Of a DNA stretch of 60,349 nt, positions 47,301-57,823 are shown piece after piece. The DNA lies in NCBI GenBank assembly GCA_012862495.1, contig BLSG01000240.1, positions 35,537 to 95,885 of the forward strand. Direction: 5' to 3'. Every line of letters starts with the position of its first letter. Positions within the stretch are counted from its first letter, which is position 1. The notes under the pieces were generated by a model that was not told the origin of the DNA, did not search any database, and was given only the letters and a program-made list of their open reading frames with translations. A program made the position numbers and the translations under genes. This DNA is from Thraustochytrium aureum. Its lineage: Eukaryota.

Positions 47301-48840
47301 CTTCCAGAGCTCTTCGCAGCTGCCTTCTCGAGATAAGACCACCAGAGGCACTGTGCGACAATTGACGAGTCAGCCCACTGGAGGTGAGGCCTGATCGTCG
47401 CAGGATTCCTGCGACGCCGAGCGAACGCGACCTCGCGCTCTGTGCCAGACTGGCCGCCCCGCGAGCTTCTTCATCCCTTCCATAGCGGCTCTCCATCGCG
47501 GCTGTGGCTTGCTTGCCAGAGAGGAGCAAGTCGAGAAACTCGTCGTGGTCGATATAGTGGTCGCCATTGGAGTCGAATCGGTCAAAGACGTGCCCGGCAG
47601 CCTCGATGGCATGGCCTGGCACGCTCGGCAACCGACGCACCGCTCGCAAGAAATCCGAACGCGAAATCCTTCCCACGCGCGACTTGTCAATAAAGCCAAA
47701 TGCAGCCCGGCTGTCGCGGTCGAACTCGCATTCAAACCATTGGTACAACGCTCTTGAAATAGACGCGCTAGCAGAGTGCCGCCCTGTGGACGCGGATTGA
47801 AAGCAGAGTTCGGCAAAGCGCAAGCAATTGACACCCCCCGCAGAGGTCTCCAGTAAGCCTCGGTCTTCCAACACCTCGCGGAGTTTGTGAGGCTCGAGGG
47901 CTACCCGCACCTCGAGCTCGCGGAGGGTCGAAGCAAAGCGCCCCAACGCTAAGTGACCATCGGTCCAATTTGGGCTGTCGGCTAGTGCGGACAGGAACGC
48001 GCGCCGGCCATCTTTGCCGAACTGCTCGACGACGGCTTCGCAAACTTGGCGCCACTCCGTTGGCGATCCGCTAAAAAAGTATTCGAGCACACTTTCAATG
48101 TCCACAACGCCTTCGTCCAAGTGATCAAGATGCCGGAAGATGCCGCTCACGACAACGGCAGAGTCTTCGATGTCGGCGTCTTTAAGCGCCGCGTGGAGCT
48201 CCCTAAGGGTGAGGCACCCGTCGCGGTCGCCGTCTGACCTTTGCAGCGCTTTGGCAAGGGCTTTGGAGCCGTTCGCGCGTACTCCACGAAGGATCCGCCG
48301 CTCTTGGGCTTGAACGTGCTGCGCAAGCCCGCGCTGCGGCCCGACGTCACGGCCGGCGTCTGCCAGGATCTTTTCGTAGTCAACGCTGCCAGAGTCCTTG
48401 TCCACGTACGGAACGAGGAAAAGCGCAACGTCATCGGGCCCTGCGAGCACCCCGAGGTCCTCAAGAAGGATCTTGCGGGCCGTCGTGATGGGCACTGTCC
48501 CGGTCGCCGTGAAGTCGGCGCCTTCGAACACCTTTTGCGCTCGCGCTCCGTGCTTGCGAATCGCCCGTAGGAAGAATTTGCTGCGCTTTGCGCTCTCCGT
48601 TGCGCCGTGCCTTGCTCCGACCTCCGCGACGCTGGCGTGTGTTTGGCCCTGAATATATTTGACTGCAGTCTCTTCGAGCGACCTGTCCAACCGCTCGTGC
48701 TCGCTTTTCAGCCACTGCGCAGTCCTGTCAAGCTCCGATTTGGCGAGCTTCCCTTTCAGCTGCCGCACTTGCTTGTCCCTAGCCACCTTGACCCTGGCGC
48801 TTGCCGAGTGGGCCGGCGCCTGGCGGCCGCTGTCCCCCAT
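41352..48840 (-). CDS. Giant multi-EF-hand protein (~2400 aa if a single gene), interrupted by several frameshifts and two N-gaps
   Basis: Seven consecutive minus-strand ORFs overlap or abut. EF-hand loops occur throughout: DGDRDGCLTLRE, DSNGDHYIDHDE, DNDGNGSLSCAQ, DKDGDGQVRFLE, DRDRDEVLNRRE, DRSGRGGLSRRE, DRDGDGRVTLQE, DPKGRGCVDFAQ (after 1-nt correction), DRNGDGVVSWPE, DNSGDGVLDREE. Confidence 0.75.
42237..42296. repeat. 18-bp coding tandem repeat (about 3 copies) inside the EF-hand gene
   Basis: Variants of ccagcatcgcgctccagc; the minus strand reads AGLECD-AGLERD-ARLERD-AGL. Confidence 0.8.
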
Positions 48841-49081
48841 GCTCTCGTGACACGCCGTCCACCTTCACAGTGAATCCGCACTCTCGCTGCAAGCTGACAA
48901 GCGCACGCGCGCGCAGAGGTCCCCGTCCCGCGCCAGCCCGGCCAGCACCGCGCAATAACCGTACACGCCCAGGCGCCCGCTGCAGTGCACCGATTCCGTC
49001 CCTCCAGTGCCTGCGCGACAGTCCGGCGATGCGTCCTTCTCTGACGCGCGACAGCTGGCGGAGCGCTGCGACGCGACAAGC

Positions 49082-49206
49082 CCAGCCGCCCGTCAACTGC
49101 TGTACACGTTGCCGTCGGTGAAGCCAGCCGCCCGTCAACTGCTCTACACCTTGCCGCCGGTGAAGCCAGCCGCCGTCAACTGCTGTGCACGTTGCCGCCG
49201 GTGAAG
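49082..49206. repeat. 42-bp tandem repeat, 3 copies (42, 42 and 41 bp)
   Basis: ccagccgcccgtcaactgctgtacacgttgccgtcggtgaag / ccagccgcccgtcaactgctctacaccttgccgccggtgaag / ccagccgccgtcaactgctgtgcacgttgccgccggtgaag. Confidence 0.93.
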
Positions 49207-50082
49207 CGCTGTTGTACGCCGATACGGCACTGCGGCGGCGCTCCAGCCAGCAACGCGCTGCGACGCCGCAAGCCCAGGCGCGCCCTGCCCCTTCTTCGCG
49301 GCGCCTNNNNNNNNNNNNNNNNNNNNNNNNNNNNNNNNNNNNNNNNNNNNNNNNNNNNNNNNNNNNNNNNNNNNNNNNNNNNNNNNNNNNNNNNNNNNNN
49401 NNNNNNNNNNNNNNNNNNNNNNNNNNNNNNNNNNNNNNNNNNNNNNNNNNNNNNNNNNNNNNNNNNNNNNNNNNNNNNNNNNNNNNNNNNNNNNNNNNNN
49501 NNNNNNNNNNNNNNNNNNNNNNNNNNNNNNNNNNNNNCCAGAGACAGGCTGGCTGGCGGGCGGGCGCGCGCTGCGGCGGACCTCACGCCAGACGCACCGG
49601 CCGCGCTGCCCCGGGGCTGTGCGGGCTTCGCCGGTCCTTCGGAACGGCTGCTTTGATGCTGGGTTCTGCGTGTACATGGATGTGGCTGGGTCAACGGATA
49701 CGCGTGCTGCAAGACTTGCCCAGGCGCCGCGCGTGGGACATGAAAGGATCGGCTTGGGAGCGCAGCAGCGGCGCGTCTCTGCTTGGCTTCGCGAGCCGGC
49801 CTTGCCGGGACTCTCGCTCTTGAGAGGCTACCGCGGTGGCACTCGAGCGGGCGGGCTCATGACGACAGGTTTTCTTCGAGCTGGTCGAGGATTGGCTTAC
49901 AAGGGCGTTGTTTCGCGCTCTCTGCTTTCACATCAACTTGAAGTGTGACTCTGTCTGCTTGATGCTGTGGCTGAGCGTGTTTCATCAGCATCTGTAAGAG
50001 CTGGCGAGAAGGAGAAGCGTTGCACCAGACCGCCAAGCATTGAAGCGAACGGGTCGCGCCTCCCGTCAGCGGTTGGCGTGCG

Positions 50083-53000
50083 ATGGCCCAGGGGGGGGAT
50101 GCGGCGGCCCAGTCGCGTGAAGCAAGAGCACGCAGCCCGGCCGAATACCAAAGGACTGGTGGCACGAGTGAGCAACAACATGGACTAGGCGTCCGCAGCC
50201 AAGAGGGCGAGGCGCGGGCGCGCCGCGAGGCCGCACTCTTCGCTGATACCAGGGGCTACATTGGGTGGCCGACTACTGGGCACCTTGACTTGAAAGCCGC
50301 GGCGCTAGAGTGCATGTCACCGGGTGCGAGGAGTCGGAGCGCGAGCCTGCGCCGGCCGAGCAGCGCTACTGTCGAATGCCAGGCTGCGGTGCAAGTTCCC
50401 GACACAGCCTTGTCTATTGATGACATCGGGGAGGCACTTCTTGACGTGGCTAATGATCGCCGAGCAAAACTAGAAGCCGCCCTCGAGTTTGAGCCCGTCG
50501 CTCCAGCGAGCACGGCGATTGCGGAGGGAATTTGCGCTGCGCGGGACTATCTCGCCGTTTTGGAAATGCTTGTAGACATTCAAAACAGTGACTCCACACG
50601 TAAGGCGACCCGGCACTTCACTGCGACGTTTGCTGCGGGTCTGTCTCGATTCAAATCTGCTTGGCGCGGGATTGAGCAGGACAGCCGCCTCACGTGCGTC
50701 GGTGCTGCCGGCGAGCTCCTCGCCACATTGATGGCCCTTGCTTGCCTGACAGCCCGTGTAGCTCGCTCACATCTTTTCCAAGCCGCGCAAGCCGCGGCTC
50801 CGCCAGACATTGCGGACGAGTACCGCGCCGCTGCTGACAACTTTTTGAAGGCTGCAGGGATCGCAAAGCTAGCCGCCAAGCGCTGGCGCGCCGTGGCCGG
50901 ACGCGGGCCTCCAATTCAAGCGCCATCCTGATCATGCCGAGTCTAGCCGACCACTCTCCGATACTGGGGTGGCAAAGGCGACTGCCGCCACGCGGCCGCT
51001 GGACGAAAATAGCTTCAATGACCTCGAGGTCAATTACCTCCTCCAGGCGCAGCTGGCCTGCGCAGCTCGCTCGCGAATATTGCACGAGTCCAAGCGCGAA
51101 ACAAAGATGGCATGCGCGCTTATTGAAAACGCCTGTGTTCACGCTGCCAGGGTCGCGCTTTGCGCCGGCGACGCGCACAAGCTCATTCCTCGTGGGACGC
51201 CGCAATTGCTTCTGGGGCTATTTTACGCATGTCGCGGTCACGCTGAGGGACTCTACAACAAGCCGAGGTTGCGTGGCGCATTTTTCCACCTCAGCCGGGC
51301 CGTACTGAGCACTGCACACGCGCAAGCCGATCTTCAACGCGCAATCGAGCTCGCCATGCCAGATGAGGCAAGAGAGCTCCCAGACCGCGACGTAGGGGCT
51401 TGGCGCCACGAGCTGCACGACGCCTTGATGGTCGACGTGAATCGGTGGCCACCAGGCATCCCCAAGGAGATTTGCGCTAGCGGTCTGCTTGTTGAAGCAA
51501 CACCCTTCGTCCCAGACCCTGCGGATAGCCTCAGGCAGGTTGTTCGAGCGCGAGCGCGCGAAAACGCCGTGCGGAACGGAGAAGCAAGTCGGCAAGAGCG
51601 CCAATGGCCTCCAATCGAGGGAGCTCTCTTAGGAACTCAGCAGACCAACAAAAGCCTCTGCTCGTCGAGCCCTATGGAGCCCACAGGCTCAGGCAATGAT
51701 CTTCGAGGTCTCTGGCGCCGGTCGACCTCGGATCTTTCGCAATCGCCTTGCAATGCAGAGCGCCTCGGCAAGGCCGCCACAGTCGACGCGTGGAAGTATG
51801 GGATTGAGCGGATCCGCGAAAAGCACCACAAGCTTCAGGTTCGTGTAGGCGACTACGAGAACCCCGGCGACGCCAGCTTTTGCGTCGATGGCAACGAGAG
51901 AACACCGAGCCAAGTGCGGCTTTTGAGCCTAACTCCGACAAGCGCGGCAAGCCCTGACCGAAGACGAGAGCAGCACCACGTCGCAGACAGCGCATTCGTT
52001 GCTAGCTCTCTTGTTTCGTCTGGCTCGAGAAGCCGCCGGGTCACATTTGTGCATGGCGGGGCTGCCGCCGAAAAGCACAAGGCGCACGAGGAAGACGATC
52101 TCTGCCACCAGTCAGAAGCTCTGGACGCTCCGCTCTCTGCCGTGCGCAGAACTCCGTCTGGGCTCTGCGGCCCAAGGCGGTTTTCAAAACGTCACTCAGC
52201 GACAATATCGCAAACGTCACCGTCGAGGCCGAGAGCGTCCACAGGGCCAGAGTCGTCGCCTGGCGAAAGCGCCGAACCGATGGCACAGCGTGAATTCCAC
52301 ACGACGGCAACTGACGAGCCGCGAGAAATGCCCAGGCCCCGCCACACGCTCGTAAACGAGGCAGGCGAGTCCCTCCCTAGGCGCCGGCTCAGCATAGTCA
52401 GCAACAACAGCGGCGGCAAGATGGTTCTGGACCATCACGATCGTGCAAGTGCGCGGGCCGAAAAATGCAGCGCTCCGGAGGAACCCCAGTTCCCGGCGCC
52501 CTATTTTGTTCGGTACGACGCCTTCACTGGGGAGACAGAGCGCGTCTACGCAAGTGGCTCTGCCAAGAGAATCCCTTCTAGCGAACGCGTCATCTCCGCG
52601 GAAAGGCCACAGAGACCGTGCGCTCTGTGCGAACGGCCGTTTCCTGCTGATCAACTGCTAGGAACTGTGACGCGGAAGGCGGTAACCAAGCGGAGGCAAA
52701 TGTGGGGCGTTCGGGACCTGGAGCTTTCAAAGCGCAAGGCCAACGCCGCGTTCATGTATTCCACAGAGAAGGTCTGCGTGTTTTGCGAGCAATTCTTTGC
52801 CGTCACACGCACTTCGCAGGCCAACAAGGTGGCTTGGTCTGAGGAGGACCGAGCCGTCGAAACAATGATCATGCGATCCATCCAAGGGCTCGTTGAGAAG
52901 ACCTTTGAGCTGCTGCCCGAAGCAGCCCGCGTCGGCGTTATCCAAAACGCAGCGTTTCTAAAGCCGATCCCTGCTGAGGCGGAGGACCTGGCCTTCGCGC

Positions 53001-55756
53001 GACCGTGCTCGCAGAGCTCCACGCTTGAGGACGACTCCCGGTTTTGCGCCCTGAACGCTGTAGACGGCGACGTCGCAGGTAGCATTGCTATCACCAAGCT
53101 GGAGGAGTCGCCCTCGTGGCAAATCAACCTGGGTTGCGTGGCTTCGTTCCATGCAATTCGAATTTGGACCGAGCGCGAAACCTTGCGGCTCAAACCGATG
53201 TGGGTCCTCGTCGCCCGCGCAGCCTTTGAGCAGTCGATGACGCTTGAGCAGGCCATCGCGCATGCAGACGCAAAGCATCGGTTTGAGTACATGAGCCGAG
53301 TGATCGAGTGGGAGCCGCGTGACCCCGTCTCGCGCACCCCGCTTCGAGGGCGCTTTGTGCGTCTCCAGCTGGAACGCCCCGGGCAGCTTGCTTTGGCGCA
53401 GCTTCAGGTTTACGGGTCTCCAGTGCTCATGCCCACCTCGCCAGAGCCAAGAGACAGCTGTGCAAAGTCGCAAGAGTTGGGGCTGCCAGCCGAGTCACGA
53501 GAGGACATGCTGCCTAGTTTTCTCCACATCGAACCGGCAGTGAAACGCGAACTCAGAAGCTTTTGCTTCAGCGTGGCACACCTTCCGAGACTGGCAAACC
53601 GGGATGATTTTGCGCGTGAGAGCACCGTCATTCGACAGCCAAGTTTGCATACTCAGCAGACGCGGCCTGCGCGCACGGCTTGTGCCGACATTCGGTCCAT
53701 GCTTTTGAGGTGCCGTGGGGCCTATGATCGCGCTGGTGTTCTCACAGAGTTCATCGGCGCACTTGATGCTGAGCTTGTCGCGGCACTTGAGCGCGCTCTC
53801 CTGGCCAGCGACAATCTGCGTAGCTATGAGGAAGTTGTGCGGCAAACGCTCACGGATCCGGTCGACAGGGCTGCCGTAGATGCACGCCGCGTCGCGGTCT
53901 GGCAACTGGAGCGACTCCGCGCATGCTTTGTGCACGTCTCTGAGAAGCAAGAGGGCGAACAACATCACAGCGCGAGCGCAGACGTTTTCAAAAACGTTGC
54001 CGGGCAGATCCCGGCGTCAGAATTTGCGAAAATGTTTCGCTACCGCAACATCGGGTTTCCCTTCGTGGACGACTGCGTACTTCTTGCAGAGGCGTTCGAC
54101 GCTGGTTCCTTGCACCTCGCAACAGAGCTCTTCTCCCACGTCACCGTAATACGGCGTCAGGGGGTAGATTGGGCAGGCTTTGCTCTTTTCCTGCTGTGCA
54201 TGGACCAACTCGTCGAGGTGAACCGGAACGTGCTGCGTGGCAACAACCGCGAATCGGAAGAGCTAATAAACCAGGTCAGCGGCAGCGGCACGCATTCTCT
54301 GACAAGCGCCGACGCAACAGAGGCGCTTGGCTTCAAAGCCGCGAAGGGCCGGCCGCAAAGTGCAGGCGCCAAACCGTCGTGCTTGGACCGCCCGCAGAGC
54401 GCCGCGAGCGGAGTTACGCGCACGCGTCGCCGCGCCCTGGCTCGGAACGACCCACTCGCTGATCAGCGAAAAAAGTCGCTTCGCCCTGCAAGCGCAGTCA
54501 TTCTCCGACGAGCGACGGAGTCGCGACTTTCGAGCGTGCAACAGCGCATCAAGGAAGGCGCAGCGCAGAAGGCGTTTGATGTCCGGATGTCGAGCATACG
54601 AAAGGACATGATGGCGGAGATGGAGGATCCAGGGCCGCTCGTTCGAGAGCGCGCAGGTCTCGTTGTAAAGAGGCGCGCATGTTCGCTCTGTTGCAAGGTT
54701 TTCCCATTGAACTGTCTCGTCGGTAGGGTGACAAAGAGGGCGATTCGCGATTTGCGCGGCCACTGGGCGAAGACGTTCGGCCCAAAACGTGCTGAGGCTT
54801 GCACGAACCGTCACACCCTGGCGTACACCACTTCAACGCTCTATGACGAGGTGAAGGTTTGCTCGTTCTGCAACCAGCTTTTCGTCGCGATGTACGGCGG
54901 CAGGCTCCGGCCGAGCTCCAACCAACAGTTATCAGAAGAAAACATCTCGGGGTCGCACGAAGAGATGCCCTTGGCCTTTCTTCGCCCTCAGGTCAGCTTT
55001 CCAGCCCGGCGGCGCGCAGCTTTGCGTGGAGAGCATGGGGAGCGAGGCGAGAGCATCGACACATTTCTCAAGGCTCAAAGCCTCGGCAAGTCTGGCGTAA
55101 GCGTGCAAACGGACACGGAGCGCCTCGTCTCCAAAGCCTTGCGCGGCTTCAACGGTGCGGCGCGAGCCCCCAGGCCAAAGTCTGCCGTTCCCAGCATGAG
55201 CCGGCCGATGCAATCGAAGCGCTGCGATGATGGCACGGAGCCCCGGGGTGAAATCTCCCCAGCTGGACACAAGCTTCGCAACGAAAGGCCGACTGTGGCA
55301 GTTCAAGTTGCCTGCGCTCATTTGAAAGGCATCTCTGTCAGAGAGTTTGCTGCAAGGCTCAAAGTAGATGTCGACCTGGCGTCCCGCGTCGTTGATGCTG
55401 AGCTGAAGCGTTCATCGCACAGCAGTGAGCGGCGGCCGGGGTACGGAGCGATTCGCAACGCGGCCGAGTTCCAGTCAGCTTGGCGCAAGCTCAGCCGCGA
55501 TAGCAAGTTGGCGCACATCGCCGCTATCAGGGTGCAGCTCTGGGCCCGCGCAGCCCTGAGCCGAAAGCGCCGTTTGGAGCACAAGAGGGACCGGGACTGG
55601 CAGCTTCACCATGCCTGGCGCAACTGCGCCCTGCAAGCCGCCGAGGAGGCCACCTTGAAGGAAATGGATGCATTTCTTGGGGCTACCTTTGAAGACCTCG
55701 AGGCGGAGCGCACACGGACATACAAAGACGCCCCTCGTCCATACCGCAAGTTTTAG
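50083..55756 (+). CDS. Large multidomain protein: BRO1-like N-terminus, two copies of a CxxC...CxxC module, F-type-lectin/discoidin-like domain; +1 insertion at ~50899
   Basis: ORF 50083-50931 joins ORF 50969-55756 by removing one G (RWRAVA|DAGLQFKRH). BRO1-like ARDYLAVL...FKSAW...GELLATL...AADNFLKAAG...YLLQAQ. Lectin-like DLAFARPCSQSST...ALNAVDG...PSWQINLG...GRFVRLQL...LALAQLQVYG. Confidence 0.7.
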
Positions 55757-55963
55757 CACATTCGGGACCTGCCCAAGCCAGGCGTTGATCACGTCCCCGC
55801 GCTGGCCTGGCGCAGAGGTTGCATGCCAGACCTTCACGGCCGTAGAGCGCGCCTGCCTGCCGTGCTCGCGGTGCACGCTTGCCAACGAGCCGAGGAGCAG
55901 GTCATCCAGCTGTAACAGCACGCCATTTATGAGCAAAAAAAGAAAGAACTAGCGCACTGGCCC

Positions 55964-57000
55964 TTAGGCATCCTCATCCTGCAAGAGTGCCTTCATGCCC
56001 TCCACGCAGGCTTTGTGGGCCTTGACACTCAGAATCCCCACAATTGCGCGCTTGGGCTTGTGGCGCTGCGGCACAGCGCCCTTGGCCTTCCCGCCAAGCT
56101 TGTTGGGCGTCTTGAGACGAATTGGAAAGGTTAGAGCGGCTTTATCCAGCATCACCTGCTGCTCAAAGTGGAGGCACAGGGCATCATCCATCTCCGCCGC
56201 ACTGACTCCGGACTCGTCGACCTCCTCCTCAACATCGCGGCGCTTGCTGGACTTGGGCCCGGTACTAGGCCGCTTGCGTTTCTTGCCGGCAGCTGCGCTA
56301 TCGCTGTTCGTTGCTGCCTCCTCTTCTTGATCGCTCTCGCCTTGGCCGAGACCGCGTGCTGCGGAGGCCTCGGCCTCGGCCTCTTCGTCCTCGAGGTCTT
56401 CGTCGCCGTCGCTTTCGTTGTTAATCTTCTTTTGGTCTGTGCTCGTAAAGCAAGGAGCGATGAACACGACGTTTGCAAAGTCAAACATGTCTATTGTCCC
56501 GCCAGTTTCCTTGACATTCTGGCAGGCCCACTCGCGGTCCTCGTTGATGGCCATGTGCAGCGGAGGCACGATCTCGTTGGGGACGTTGATCAGACGCTCG
56601 CTCACGAGCCACGCGAACCCGGCGCCGAGAAGCTTGTCCAGCTTGCTGCGATCTTTGGCTGGACACTCCGATTGCAGCAAACTGCGAAGGGCCTTCATGT
56701 ACCGCTTCTCAGCATAGTGTTTTGCACTCAAAGCAGAGATGAATGTGTACACCTCGTCATCCACTGCGACCGTCGTCCCACAGGCGGCTTGCTCGCAAAT
56801 GTCCTCGGCGAGCTCCGAGAGCGCCGCGCTCATCCCCGGCACCGTCGCGGTCGAGCCTTGCTGAAGCAAGGTCTTGACCATCAAAAAGTCGTCGTCTTTC
56901 GGGTCGCAAAACGCAAACTCGACGTTGATGTCAGGCTTGGCTCCGTCCTCGTCGTCCTCGTCGTCCTCGCTGTCGCTCACGCCGCGCTGTGGGGCGCCTT
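55964..57000 (-). CDS. BCCIP: BCP1/BCCIP family protein; 5' end in the N-gap
   Basis: Acidic stretch, then INVEFAFCDPKDDDFLMVKTLLQQ, LSELAEDICEQ..GTTV, VYTFISALS, WLVSERLINVPNEIVPPLH, LHFEQQVM. Confidence 0.88.
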
Positions 57001-57823
57001 NNNNNNNNNNNNNNNNNNNNNNNNNNNNNNNNNNNNNNNNNNNNNNNNNNNNNNNNNNNNNNNNNNNNNNNNNNNNNNNNNNNNNNNNNNNNNNNNNNNN
57101 NNNNNNNNNNNNNNNNNNNNNNNNNNNNNNNNNNNNNNNNNNNNNNNNNNNNNNNNNNNNNNNNNNNNNNNNNNNNNNNNNNNNNNNNNNNNNNNNNNNN
57201 NNNNNNNNNNNNNNNNNNNNNNNNNNNNNNNNNNNNNNNNNNNNNNNNNNNNNNNNNNNNNNNNNNNNNNNNNNNNNNNNNNNNNNNNNNNNNNNNNNNN
57301 NNNNNNNNNNNNNNNNNNNNNNNNNNNNNNNNNNNNNNNNNNNNNNNNNNNNNNNNNNNNNNNNNNNNNNNNNNNNNNNNNNNNNNNNNNNNNNNNNNNN
57401 NNNNNNNNNNNNNNNNNNNNNNNNNNNNNNNNNNNNNNNNNNNNNNNNNNNNNNNNNNNNNNNNNNNNNNNNNNNNNNNNNNNNNNNNNNNNNNNNNNNN
57501 NNNNNNNNNNNNNNNNNNNNNNNNNNNNNNNNNNNNNNNNNNNNNNNNNNNNNNNNNNNNNNNNNNNNNNNNNNNNNNNNNNNNNNNNNNNNNNNNNNNN
57601 NNNNNNNNNNNNNNNNNNNNNNNNNNNNNNNNNNNNNNNNNNNNNNNNNNNNNNNNNNNNNNNNNNNNNNNNNNNNNNNNNNNNNNNNNNNNNNNNNNNN
57701 NNNNNNNNNNNNNNNNNNNNNNNNNNNNNNNNNNNNNNNNNNNNNNNNNNNNNNNNNNNNNNNNNNNNNNNNNNNNNNNNNNNNNNNNNNNNNNNNNNNN
57801 NNNNNNNNNNNNNNNNNNNNNNN

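Noticed and set aside
49082..49206. CRISPR-like array
   Set aside because: The units are head-to-tail with no unique spacers, no cas genes are present, and the context is eukaryotic.
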